This document shows, piece by piece, positions 45,678-55,411 of a stretch of DNA of 64,000 nt. The DNA comes from an uncultured virus (IMG/VR IMGVR_UViG_649633094_000002) (Duplodnaviria > Heunggongvirae > Uroviricota > Caudoviricetes). The stretch lies in the IMG/VR virus record IMGVR_UViG_649633094_000002; one strand, given 5' to 3'. A model generated the notes under the pieces. That model ran no database searches. It saw only the letters and a program-made list of their open reading frames with translations, and was not told where the DNA came from. The stretch's first letter is position 1, and each line of letters opens with the position of its first letter. The position numbers and the translations under genes were made by a program.

Positions 45678-47425
45678 CAGATACCCCCTTGTTCAAGCGC
45701 GTAATAGTAAGTCCAAAATAGATTTGTTTCATCTTCCGTAAATCCGAACTTGCCGAGCGCCGTTTCAACATCGTAATTCGTGACCTCGCCCTTGTATATC
45801 GTGTGGTCGGGGTTGTCGCAGTAAACGGTAGTCGTTTTTATGGTAATATCGTCCCAGTCGATCTTGTTAAAGCCGTCGCTGTCGATATTATATGTTACCT
45901 CCCAGTCGGAACCGCTGACGCCCGCGTCACAGGAGCCGGTTATCGTTCCTCCGTCAGTAGTGGCGATAGTAAGGTCTGTCCACACTGATGATGTATGCTC
46001 ATAGCAAGTGCCGCGGAAGGAAACAGCATACTCATTTGAACTTGCGATATATGCCGTATTAGATACATAAAAATCACCGTTTGCCGCAGTAAGCTCGGTA
46101 TCCTCGTCCTTCATGCAGTCGCAGTTGGGACAATATCCCGTTTCGGTGTCCTGCCAGTATTCATAGAATTTCTCTATAACGTCGGCAATGGTTTCATCGG
46201 AGATATTGTCGTTTCCGTTTTTATACTCGATAAGAGCCGCCGCAGCAATAACGCCGTTTTCATCGACCGAGATCGAAGTGCTGCCATATTGATTCAGAGA
46301 AGTTATCTCACTGCCATCATAGCGGTATTCGGGAGTATAAGTAAACACGCCGTCAAGCTCGGTCTGCTTTGCAGCCTCTATCGCCTGCACCTGTTCGTGA
46401 TAGCCTTGCAGAAAGATAGTCTTGTCTACGTTCGGGTCTTTCGGATCCATCCATGAAAACATTGAACTGATCGCTGTAATAATCATCGAAAGAAATCCCG
46501 ACAATAGATTTACGCAAAGCAGTATCAGCAAAGCACCAAGCGCTACGACTATAAATCCCTTTGACGTTATAAGTTTGCCAATAACGCTCGCGGATTTTTT
46601 AACAACCTCACCTGCTGCCTTGCCGCCTGCTTTTGCACCGCTTTTTGCAGCCCTCTTTGCATGATTTTTACGGATAATGTTCTCCCGTATCTTACGGATC
46701 TTCTGCACGTCCTGCTTGACAGCCTTCGGCGTTTCCTTTATATTTCGTGCAGTCTTTATACCTCCCTGAGCGGCATTGTAAATACCTCGTCCGGCATTCT
46801 CGATATATCTGACATCGGTCAGCCCCTGCTTTACAGCTTCCGTTCCGGTATCGGTCGTTGTGGACTTGTCGATCTTGGTTTGCAGGAGTGACTTGCCGCC
46901 CTCCCTGACAGCGTTAGATACAGCGCCTTTGGCTGCCGTTCCGATACTGCTAAAAGTCTTGCCCACATCTTTGACCGAACCGACCCTCACACCATTCCTG
47001 ACCGCTGTTTGTATGCGCCCCACGGTATTTCGAGTGCCGCCCACAGCAGTACGGATAGCACCGCCGCTTTGTATGACACCGCCTGCCGCTTCAAGAGTGC
47101 TCTGAACGGTAGTAATATTATTTGGGCTTTCTTCCTCGCCCTTTGCGGTGATATATTTCTTCCGAGCCAGTTTCATCTTTCGACTCTTGAAATAGTCCTT
47201 TCTGCGGTCAATATCCCGTAGCTGCCGCAGGCGTTCCTCACGGTTGACGTTCGGATTTTTCAGCACCAGATCTTTACCGCCCCACGCCGTCTGAATGTTG
47301 CCATGTTTGACGGATTTAATATGATACCGATTAGCCACGCCAACCGTAGATTTCTTCGTTTCTATACCATCGCGCAAGATACTCTTTTCGGGAGTATCAC
47401 GCGCCTTCTGCGTTCTTATCTCTAT
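45677..47425 (-). CDS. Conjugation membrane protein in the VirB1-like position, no recognisable hydrolase domain
   Basis: Basic K/A/G-rich N-terminus, one hydrophobic segment, acidic external domain; the track start is TTG 47377, but ATA 47425 has the RBS. Confidence 0.65.
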   Translation of the reverse strand: MEIRTQKARDTPEKSILRDGIETKKSTVGVANRYHIKSVKHGNIQTAWGGKDLVLKNPNVNREERLRQLRDIDRRKDYFKSRKMKLARKKYITAKGEEESPNNITTVQSTLEAAGGVIQSGGAIRTAVGGTRNTVGRIQTAVRNGVRVGSVKDVGKTFSSIGTAAKGAVSNAVREGGKSLLQTKIDKSTTTDTGTEAVKQGLTDVRYIENAGRGIYNAAQGGIKTARNIKETPKAVKQDVQKIRKIRENIIRKNHAKRAAKSGAKAGGKAAGEVVKKSASVIGKLITSKGFIVVALGALLILLCVNLLSGFLSMIITAISSMFSWMDPKDPNVDKTIFLQGYHEQVQAIEAAKQTELDGVFTYTPEYRYDGSEITSLNQYGSTSISVDENGVIAAAALIEYKNGNDNISDETIADVIEKFYEYWQDTETGYCPNCDCMKDEDTELTAANGDFYVSNTAYIASSNEYAVSFRGTCYEHTSSVWTDLTIATTDGGTITGSCDAGVSGSDWEVTYNIDSDGFNKIDWDDITIKTTTVYCDNPDHTIYKGEVTNYDVETALGKFGFTEDETNLFWTYYYALEQGGI

Positions 47426-47430
47426 TCAGA

Positions 47431-50355
47431 TCACCCCTTGTTATGGTTGTATTCCGATACCTCATTGAAACTACTGGTCATCAAGCGGTACAAATTGTTC
47501 TTCGGGAACTTATCCCTGAACGGAATAATAGAACCGCCGCAGCATATAAGTCCCTGTCCCGAATCGCTGTTTGTAACATATGACAGCAGGTTGTCCGAGA
47601 TATTGAGTATCTTTGCAAGCTGCACTCTGTCACTTGTCGCCTGATTGAGCATCATAACAAAATCGGTATTGGAAAGCATAGAACGAGCTGTTTCCGATTT
47701 CAGCAAGTCCTCAACATTCTGAGTAATGCCCGTAGGAACGCCGCCCCATTTACGCGCTCTCTTGTAAAGCTCATAAAGGAAATTTGCGGAATATTCGTTA
47801 GCAAAAAGCAAATATATCTCATCCATATATATCCATGTGCGCTTGCCCTGCGCTCTGTTGACAGTAATTCTGTTCCAAACGTAGTCCAGAACTATAAGCA
47901 TACCCAGCGTTTTCAGCTGCTTGCCCAAGTCCTTTATATCGTAGGAAACAACACGGTTTTTAACGTCAACATTTGTCTTGTGAGCGAATACGTTCAGATT
48001 GCCCTTAATGTAAAGTTCAAACGACAGCGCCAGTCCCTTTGCTTCCTTTTCCGGCTGCGCTTTGAGGTTCTCATAGAACTCCATGAGAGTCGGTATCTTG
48101 TCCGGGTCGAACTTGATGAGATACTCGCCATAGGTCATTGTAAGGCAGCGGTCAATAATAGCCTTTTCTTTGGCTGTAAGTCCCTGCTTGCCGACCAGAC
48201 ACTCGCAGAACGAGAGTATGAAATCCGACTTCATTACAAGCGGTGATTCATCATCGGAATAATCTTTCGACATATCCAGCGGATTGATGAAATTGTTGCT
48301 CGCAGGGGAAACAAATATCGTTTCTCCGTTTAGCGCCGCAACAAGGTTTGTGTACTCTCTTTCGGGGTCGATGATGATTATATCATCATCGGTAGCTAGA
48401 AATACATTCAGCATCTCACGCTTGGCGCTGAAACTCTTGCCCGAGCCGGGGGAACCGAGAATAAAGCCATTCGGGTTTTTAAGCTGTAAGCGGTCAAAAA
48501 GTATCATATTATTCGACAGCGCATTCAAGCCGTAGTATTTTCCGTTCTTATGGTTTATTTCTTTTCCGCTAAAGGGCATCAGTACTGCCGTGCTTTCGGT
48601 TGTCAGCGTCCTGCGGATTTTGAGCGTACAGTTACCCAGCGGCAGAACGCTTTGCAAGCCTTTCTCCTGCTGGAATTTCAATGTGGAGAGCGAACAAATA
48701 TGCTTACGCACCACAGCTTCTATTGCTTCGGTGTTGCTTTCAAGCTCCTCCATGTCCTTTGCCGTCACCATTATGATGATATTGTCAAGGAACATTTTCT
48801 GGTTTTTAGAACGAAGGTCATCCAAAAGCTCCTCGGCTTCGATAAGACTGTGTTTCAAGTCCTCGTTAATAACGTCCGAAGTGTACCCCGACTGTATCGC
48901 CTTTTTCTCAGCTTGCAGCTTGTTCGCCCTCATGGAAGTCAGCTGATGATTTACTATTTTCAGCGCCTTGTACGGGTCAACGGGTGCAATGTTCACAGTG
49001 ACCATGACATCAAGATTGGTATTCGCAATATCCGTCAGCAGATTGTCTTTCAGACTTGCGGGCATATCCTTGATGAACATGGTGCGGGCATATTTATCGC
49101 CCCACATGAAGTAGTGTTTTTTGAACTCCAGATAATCGGGACAGCAGTAGCCGCGCTCCGCCTGCCGCTTGAAATGCTTTGCTGTAAGCTCCGGAATTTC
49201 TTCATCAACGTTGCGGAAAATATCCTTGAGTAAACAAATACGCTCATTAGAGGTCAGTGCCTTTATGTTAGAGCCAACCTTCTTGAAAGCGTTCAGCAGT
49301 TCAAGATCAATGGTGTTGAACTTGGTCTGCGCATTTTCAAGGTCGGCAGCCTGCAAGGTGACGGTAATATACTTGTTTCTGATGATACCGTTCTGCCCCT
49401 GCTCCATTTTCTCGATGAGCATATCGTTATACTCATCGCGGTAGTTATCGTAACCGTCGCCCTTGTGACCGATAAGCACCATGCGCTCGAAATCGGCACG
49501 ATTGACGCGGTTATTATGTACCGTTATCTGAATGTCGGCGTTAGTATCGAAGCTGTTGAGCACCGAGCAATAGCCTAAGAAAATGCTCTCCTGCTCGTCC
49601 TGCTTGGCGATCTGATAATTTATATCCTCAAACTTATATGTTTTGGAATATCGGTTATCGTCCACTTTGAAGATATAGTCGTCGCACACCCTCTGGTATG
49701 GCAGAGTTTTCTGCACCGTTTTGGGTACGACACGCTTTTTCTTGATCTTCTTCTGCTTAGGCTTCTTCTTGTTTTCCTCACGAAGCCTGATCTCGTCGCG
49801 CTCCTTTGCCGTAAGCGCCGATAATTCGGATTCTTCTTTCTTTTTCTTACCGCGCACCTTTACCATGATTACCGCCGCAGCGATCACCACTCCGAAAGCC
49901 CCGGCAAGCAGAGTAAAAGCCTGCGCCTGCTTTGCGTTGAGCGTTATAACGGGCTGCTCCGTAACTGAAGAAACCTCTGTCTCGCTCGCCGTACCCGATG
50001 AAAGAACCGTTTCCGCACTCACTTCTCCTTCTGATGAAACTGTCTCGGATATATCTTCTTCCGACGTGTATCCGCTCTCATAAGGTGAAGCTTCGGAATG
50101 ACCGGAATACGTTGTCTGCGGATAATAGGTCGTGGTCTGCTGTACTCCGGTCTGTGCATAGCTGTCAACTCCCTCATATATGTTATCGGCTGAACTCTGC
50201 GGAGAGGTATATGTAACCGGCGCAGCAGTTGTGACCGTTGTGTTTGTAGTAATAGTTTCGGGCGCAGACGCTTCTGACATTGAAGCAGTGGTTACAGTAG
50301 TTGTCGCCGTCTTTCGCGTCGTTTCCGCCCTCGAACTGTCATTGTTAGTAGGAAT
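47431..50355 (-). CDS. VirB4-like conjugation ATPase with Thr/Ser-rich N-terminal extension
   Basis: YYGLNALSNN, GSPGSGKS, IIIDPEREY, YMDEIY, KRARKWGG..TGITQN; the track start is ATG 50280, proposed start ATT 50355. Confidence 0.92.
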   Translation of the reverse strand: MPTNNDSSRAETTRKTATTTVTTASMSEASAPETITTNTTVTTAAPVTYTSPQSSADNIYEGVDSYAQTGVQQTTTYYPQTTYSGHSEASPYESGYTSEEDISETVSSEGEVSAETVLSSGTASETEVSSVTEQPVITLNAKQAQAFTLLAGAFGVVIAAAVIMVKVRGKKKKEESELSALTAKERDEIRLREENKKKPKQKKIKKKRVVPKTVQKTLPYQRVCDDYIFKVDDNRYSKTYKFEDINYQIAKQDEQESIFLGYCSVLNSFDTNADIQITVHNNRVNRADFERMVLIGHKGDGYDNYRDEYNDMLIEKMEQGQNGIIRNKYITVTLQAADLENAQTKFNTIDLELLNAFKKVGSNIKALTSNERICLLKDIFRNVDEEIPELTAKHFKRQAERGYCCPDYLEFKKHYFMWGDKYARTMFIKDMPASLKDNLLTDIANTNLDVMVTVNIAPVDPYKALKIVNHQLTSMRANKLQAEKKAIQSGYTSDVINEDLKHSLIEAEELLDDLRSKNQKMFLDNIIIMVTAKDMEELESNTEAIEAVVRKHICSLSTLKFQQEKGLQSVLPLGNCTLKIRRTLTTESTAVLMPFSGKEINHKNGKYYGLNALSNNMILFDRLQLKNPNGFILGSPGSGKSFSAKREMLNVFLATDDDIIIIDPEREYTNLVAALNGETIFVSPASNNFINPLDMSKDYSDDESPLVMKSDFILSFCECLVGKQGLTAKEKAIIDRCLTMTYGEYLIKFDPDKIPTLMEFYENLKAQPEKEAKGLALSFELYIKGNLNVFAHKTNVDVKNRVVSYDIKDLGKQLKTLGMLIVLDYVWNRITVNRAQGKRTWIYMDEIYLLFANEYSANFLYELYKRARKWGGVPTGITQNVEDLLKSETARSMLSNTDFVMMLNQATSDRVQLAKILNISDNLLSYVTNSDSGQGLICCGGSIIPFRDKFPKNNLYRLMTSSFNEVSEYNHNKG

Positions 50356-50370
50356 CTCTATCGCCCCCTA

Positions 50371-51258
50371 TTAGTATTCGACAGGCTCACCATAATTGAT
50401 CTTCTTGATACTCTGTATGTTGCTGCTCAGATCAAGACCGTACCAATTATAGTAGCCCCATGAACCGCTGTAAGCCACACACCCCGGCAGGCTTGCGTCG
50501 TCATAGATAAATTCTATGATACATTTTCCGTTGCCCTCGCCGCCGAACCAGTGCCACTTGCCTTCGCCGTCATCTGCCCAGCCCTTGCTGTCGCACTGTT
50601 TGACGGTGAACTGTGTCCCGTCCTCCATACAAACGAGATAACGATCCCCGTCAAGCCCGAAGTGCAGACCCATAGCAACACAGTAATCTCCGTATTCATC
50701 ACGGCGGATACCGGTATGCGTCACGGGGTCGGGGATAGAGCCGTAAATAGCTCCCGACGCAGGTTGTGCCGTCAAGCCGCTGGCTCTCTCGCCCGCCATT
50801 GCCGAGGTCCAGCCGTCTATATGCTCAAATTCCCATATAACCTCAACGGTTTCAGTTTCAGCCTTTACGGTCTGACCCTTCAGCTTGGTTGACTTATCTT
50901 CGTTTTCTTTCAGTTCGGGGGTCACAGTTATCTCATACTCAGTGCCTTCTCGGAGCCCGTTTATGTAGCACATATCGTTGCCCCGGAACTCGAAGTACAT
51001 ATTATCGGCGTACTCGCCGGCGGTCTCGGTGCTGCACTCAACATAATAGTCGCGGTCTTTCTCGGCGTTCCATGTCACCTTGATGGTGGACACGGAAATG
51101 TTGCTTGCTTTCAGATCGGTAACAGCAACTATTGGCGTAGGCTCCTTTATGGGCTTGGGTTCTGCCTTCGGCACATCTGCCGCCTGTGAGGACACCGCCA
51201 CTGCTCCTGCCATTATCATTCGTATAATGTGATTTACGAGCGGTTCAATACTTAACAT
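50371..51258 (-). CDS. Secreted FN3-domain protein with putative 3D/DPBB-like cell-wall-active domain
   Basis: Signal-like N-terminus; IKVTW...INGLREGTEYEITV (FN3); TGIRR...YCVAMG...GDRYLV...DG......DSKG...IIEFIYD. Confidence 0.6.
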   Translation of the reverse strand: MLSIEPLVNHIIRMIMAGAVAVSSQAADVPKAEPKPIKEPTPIVAVTDLKASNISVSTIKVTWNAEKDRDYYVECSTETAGEYADNMYFEFRGNDMCYINGLREGTEYEITVTPELKENEDKSTKLKGQTVKAETETVEVIWEFEHIDGWTSAMAGERASGLTAQPASGAIYGSIPDPVTHTGIRRDEYGDYCVAMGLHFGLDGDRYLVCMEDGTQFTVKQCDSKGWADDGEGKWHWFGGEGNGKCIIEFIYDDASLPGCVAYSGSWGYYNWYGLDLSSNIQSIKKINYGEPVEY

Positions 51259-51267
51259 TTTGCCTCC

Positions 51268-51663
51268 TTACTTTTTCCTGAAAAGCCGCTTCTTCCGGGA
51301 CTTCTTTTCCTCTGTTTCAGTGATAAGCTCCTCGGTCATGTATCCGTTTCTCAGCTCCATAAAGGGCGGTTCATACGAATATATCCTTTGCTGCGGAGAG
51401 GTATAGAATCTTATGATCTCCAGTGCGAACTGCTCAAACGCCATATCGTTATACCGGAAAAATCCCGTAAACATTAGCGGAACAGCTATGAGGATAACGA
51501 CCCACGAAACAGCCTCCTGCGGCAGAAATCTGTTGCCGAAAATGTATATCGGCACACAGATGAGCAGCGCTATTGCCGTACAAATACACTGCCGCAGCGT
51601 CAGTCCGAAAAACAGCTTTTCACGATAGTTCTTTATTTCTTTAGGAATACGGATCTCTATCAT
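51268..51663 (-). CDS. prgI: PrgI family protein
   Basis: IPKEIKNYREKLFFGLTLRQ followed by two hydrophobic segments; GAGGTG RBS before ATG 51663. Confidence 0.88.
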   Translation of the reverse strand: MIEIRIPKEIKNYREKLFFGLTLRQCICTAIALLICVPIYIFGNRFLPQEAVSWVVILIAVPLMFTGFFRYNDMAFEQFALEIIRFYTSPQQRIYSYEPPFMELRNGYMTEELITETEEKKSRKKRLFRKK

Positions 51664-51769
51664 AGGCATACACCTCGTAGAAATAGTCATTCAGCCGCAC
51701 AAGTACGCAGATGGTGTATATTATCCCCGCAGCACCCGCGAACACGGCAGCCCAACTCATGAACTGCAT
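51641..51769 (-). CDS. 42-aa single-TM peptide (not in the ORF track)
   Basis: MQFMSWAAVFAGAAGIIYTICVLVRLNDYFYEVYAYDRDPYS; GGGGGAG RBS. Confidence 0.55.
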   Translation of the reverse strand: MQFMSWAAVFAGAAGIIYTICVLVRLNDYFYEVYAYDRDPYS

Positions 51770-51772
51770 CTC

Positions 51773-51859
51773 TTATCTCCCCCTTACCCTGCGCACGATA
51801 AATGCGCCTACTGTCCCGACAGCGATGACCGCTGCGGAAACAATTATCTTCTTGACCAT
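51773..51859 (-). CDS. 28-aa single-TM peptide (not in the ORF track)
   Basis: MVKKIIVSAAVIAVGTVGAFIVRRVRGR; AGGTGA RBS. Confidence 0.55.
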   Translation of the reverse strand: MVKKIIVSAAVIAVGTVGAFIVRRVRGR

Positions 51860-51880
51860 TCACATCACCTACCCTCTGTA

Positions 51881-52678
51881 CTAACCACATCCGATAGCTT
51901 GACGCGCCCATTGCCCCGATTTCGCAACACCCAGAGCCAATGACAGCGCTACTATTGTTATTCCTACCTTGTCCGAGCCTCCCATCAGGTCAATGACCTG
52001 CGAGAAGGAATAGAACATCAGCACCACTACTAACCCTTGCAGGCAGACAGCGGCATAGTACTTCAGGAAAGCCTTTGCGCTGTCGTGCCAGCCCTCTGCC
52101 GCGAATGTAGCAAGCGGTATAGGGGAAACGGCGGTGTAGACAACTATCTCGAAAATACGCCCGATAAGTATAAGGTTTATCACCCAGCAGGCACCCATGA
52201 GAATGAGAAAGGTAGGCATGACCTCTAAGTATTTTACAAGGTAGTTCAGATTCATGAACCCCTCCTCGGCGGGCTCGCTGAGGATAGCATCCGTTTCAAA
52301 GCTTGATAAGAAACCATAGCTTTCTTCAACGAGCCCTGCCGCAAGTCCATTGAAACTGTTGTAGATTATCCCCATCAAAGCGCTCGCATTCTGTACGATG
52401 ACCTTAGCGAGAATAAATCTGAAAAATACCTTGAAGACCTGTTCGTATGATTGTAACTTCAAAAGCATAGCCTCGTTGCAAAGCTGCATTGCGAAAAACA
52501 GCGATACAAGCACAAGAGCCACGCCCTCAACAGCCGACATCGCCGTGCTTACGGCGGTTATCGAGCTGTTAAAAGGAGATATCGTGAGGGTCTCCATTGC
52601 GGTGTCGAAGGCGTTGTTTATCATGCAAAGCCAGTCGTACACCCAATCCTCGACGGTTTCCCATTCAATAAAACTCAT
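51881..52678 (-). CDS. VirB6/TrbL-like polytopic membrane protein
   Basis: Multiple TM segments, GRIFEIVVY...SPIPLATF...FLKYYAAVCLQG. Confidence 0.85.
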   Translation of the reverse strand: MSFIEWETVEDWVYDWLCMINNAFDTAMETLTISPFNSSITAVSTAMSAVEGVALVLVSLFFAMQLCNEAMLLKLQSYEQVFKVFFRFILAKVIVQNASALMGIIYNSFNGLAAGLVEESYGFLSSFETDAILSEPAEEGFMNLNYLVKYLEVMPTFLILMGACWVINLILIGRIFEIVVYTAVSPIPLATFAAEGWHDSAKAFLKYYAAVCLQGLVVVLMFYSFSQVIDLMGGSDKVGITIVALSLALGVAKSGQWARQAIGCG

Positions 52679-52713
52679 GTGTCACCACCCCATTTCGACA
52701 AGAGAAAGGGAGC

Positions 52714-53136
52714 TTACATGGTGAACATATCGTAAGCCTTAGCGACCGCGAACACGATGAAGCCTGATGCCAGACACATAAGACCTCTTGTCTTGCCGTC
52801 TGCCGAATCGTCCTTGAAGCCGAGTGCAAACTGGATAGCACCGATAAAGCCGATAACAAGACCGATACGGGCTACCCAGTCAACGATGAACTGAACGACC
52901 GTGTTAAAAGTCTCAACACCGTCACCGCCGCCTCCTTCGCCCTCAGCAAATGCTGTGATACCGAAAAGCGAAGTCATCATCATGACCGCCATAAAGCCCA
53001 TAGAGATCCTGCGCACAGCTCGCTCACGCTTTCTGTCACGCTGCTCGACTGTCAGTTCACTGTTTCTTGTAAAATCCTCTTTGAAGGCGGTCTTTATCTC
53101 AGCCGCCTTGTTACGAATCCACTTCGTAGTAACCAT
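52714..53136 (-). CDS. VirB2/pilin-like membrane protein
   Basis: Leader ending TAFA, then two hydrophobic helices around GAIQFALGFKDDSADGK; lies between virD4 and virB6-like; AAGGAG RBS. Confidence 0.7.
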   Translation of the reverse strand: MVTTKWIRNKAAEIKTAFKEDFTRNSELTVEQRDRKRERAVRRISMGFMAVMMMTSLFGITAFAEGEGGGGDGVETFNTVVQFIVDWVARIGLVIGFIGAIQFALGFKDDSADGKTRGLMCLASGFIVFAVAKAYDMFTM

Positions 53137-53140
53137 CTCC

Positions 53141-55411
53141 TTAAAATTCATCATAATTATCAAGGTAATCATTTGCATTCACACAAATGTAGTCCTTATC
53201 ATTTTCCATTTCCGGCTCTGTTGTCACAACAGTATCCTCGTCATCAAGGCTTGCCGGCTCCGGTTTTCCGTTCTTCGGCTTTTTCGGGATATTTGCAAGC
53301 CTTTTGGCTGCTTCCATTTCGGCTATCCTGCTGTGAGGCTGCTCCGAATCGACCGATATATCCTCGACATGACAATCAAGCTCTTTTTCTTCATTATTAT
53401 TTTCGGGGGCTGATTCATGTTCGGTATTATCATCGGCTTCATTATCTTCCGCAGGCTCACTGTGCAAGTCCTCATCATCGGTTTCCGCCGCCTGACCGAA
53501 TTTCACGGTCATGACATCTTTTACAAGATAAGCGTTATCGCCGTTGAAATCCTCCAGCAGCTTGTAATTCGGGTGCTTTTCGATCTTGAACTTATTGCAG
53601 AAAAACGGGAAAATACCTCTGACGAACAGGATACATTCGTTATCCTTCATCGTTTTCAGCTCATCAACTGTCATAAGCTCGCGTCCGAGAATACCGTCAT
53701 TTTCCGATGTCGAACCCTGCCGTCCGCGTGTGCGGTTATGCGACCTTGTATCTATTGTTTCTTTTCCGAGTGTCTTTGAAATATGCTCTAATGTAGTCGG
53801 CTCCTGACCGCCCAAAAACAGCAGGCTGTCGCAGTTACCAAGTACATTCTCCCAGCTGTCCTTGTACATCTTTTTGAGCTGAGAAAGGTTCTGGATTATG
53901 ACGTTAGCGGATATTTCCATAGAACGCATAGTTGCCAAAAGCTCCTCAAAGCGCGGAATTTGACCAAGATTTGCGAACTCATCGAGCAGACAGCGCACAT
54001 GAACGGGCAGCCGCCCGCCGTACTTGAAATTCGCTCTGTCGTACAGCACATCAAAAAGCTGAGTGTACATCATAGCCGCCAGAAAATTGAACGTATCGTC
54101 CGAGCTTGGTATAATGATAAACATCGCCACGGGCTTATCGCCTATCGTTTCAAGGTGGATATTATCGCAGCTCGTTAAGTCCATTACTTCGGGGATATTG
54201 AATGCCTGCAAGCGCACCGCCGTCGATATTAGAATCGACTTTGCCGTATCTCCCGCCGCCTTTTTGAAATCCTTGTAGTATTTGATACACATATACTCAT
54301 GGGGCTGCTTGTCTTTTTTGGCAAGATCAATAAGGTTTAAATCCTTGACCCTCTTATCAATTTTTCCTGCCTCCTCGGTATATTTATCGGGATTTTCAAG
54401 CGCGTCGAAGATCAGATCGAGATCGGACATATATGCATCATCGCCCTCTTTGACTTCAGCCTTTTTCAGCAGCTTCATGACTTCGGAAAAGTTTTGGCGG
54501 CTTTTGTCCTCGCATTCTACAAGGTAGAAGCAAAGTGCAGCCAGCAGGGCTTTTGTGCTGTCATCCCAGAACTGGTCGCCCCCGCTATTTTCCTTAGATG
54601 TGTTCTTCATCAGCACGTTTACCATTTTAATAACGGCGGTAGCGCTGTAATGCCCGTCCACATCATAGATGTACTCAAAGGGATTGTAGTTATTGGAGTG
54701 CGCCATATCTATCAGATTAAAAACTCTGATGTCATATCCGTAATGCTCCAACATCTTTCCGGTTGACCGCAGCAGCTCACCCTTCGGGTCGGTACAGACA
54801 TAAGAGGTGTTTGCCTGCATGAGATTTGGCTTGACGTAGAATCGGGACTTACCGCTGCCCGAACCGCCTATGACCATCACATTCAGGTTTTTCCTCGTCT
54901 GCCTTGTGTTCAGCGACATTTTTACTTCGTTTGTCAGAACCACGTTATTATCAATGGTGTAGGTCTTATCTTTCTTTTTCCAGAATTTCAAACGCTCGAA
55001 GAAATTATGCACCTTGACCTTGAACGGCAGCTTTTGTTTCTTGGGCTTGTCCAGCAGGCTCTTGACCTCTTTCGAGTTTGCCCACCTTGCCGAGCCGTGT
55101 TCCTCACCTTTGCGGTGAAACTTCTTTTTGCTTGTGTACTTATTCAGCGCATACAGACCTATCCCAAAAGCTGCAAACATAGGTATCTTTGCAGCATAAC
55201 CGCCAGCCTTCACAAGCTCGAAAACAAGGTGAGTATCCTTCAATGTACTATCCAAAGATTTGGACAGCATATCTAAATCTACCTTTTCCCTATCATCAGC
55301 AGCTATATCCATACAGGCACCTACCGCTGCCAACATATACACCGTAAATCCCGCAAGAGCCGAATAGATACTGACCGTTAAAAAATCAAGTTTCTTAGGC
55401 TCGCGGCTTAT
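53141..55411 (-). CDS. VirD4-like type IV coupling protein
   Basis: EHGSARW, IGGSGSGKSR, TDPKGE, YNPF, LLDEFAN; the track start is GTG 55342, proposed start ATA 55411. Confidence 0.93.
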   Translation of the reverse strand: MSREPKKLDFLTVSIYSALAGFTVYMLAAVGACMDIAADDREKVDLDMLSKSLDSTLKDTHLVFELVKAGGYAAKIPMFAAFGIGLYALNKYTSKKKFHRKGEEHGSARWANSKEVKSLLDKPKKQKLPFKVKVHNFFERLKFWKKKDKTYTIDNNVVLTNEVKMSLNTRQTRKNLNVMVIGGSGSGKSRFYVKPNLMQANTSYVCTDPKGELLRSTGKMLEHYGYDIRVFNLIDMAHSNNYNPFEYIYDVDGHYSATAVIKMVNVLMKNTSKENSGGDQFWDDSTKALLAALCFYLVECEDKSRQNFSEVMKLLKKAEVKEGDDAYMSDLDLIFDALENPDKYTEEAGKIDKRVKDLNLIDLAKKDKQPHEYMCIKYYKDFKKAAGDTAKSILISTAVRLQAFNIPEVMDLTSCDNIHLETIGDKPVAMFIIIPSSDDTFNFLAAMMYTQLFDVLYDRANFKYGGRLPVHVRCLLDEFANLGQIPRFEELLATMRSMEISANVIIQNLSQLKKMYKDSWENVLGNCDSLLFLGGQEPTTLEHISKTLGKETIDTRSHNRTRGRQGSTSENDGILGRELMTVDELKTMKDNECILFVRGIFPFFCNKFKIEKHPNYKLLEDFNGDNAYLVKDVMTVKFGQAAETDDEDLHSEPAEDNEADDNTEHESAPENNNEEKELDCHVEDISVDSEQPHSRIAEMEAAKRLANIPKKPKNGKPEPASLDDEDTVVTTEPEMENDKDYICVNANDYLDNYDEF

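Noticed and set aside
51687..51911. 74-aa track ORF
   Set aside because: No RBS and atypical composition; two shorter ORFs in other frames have RBSs and TM helices.
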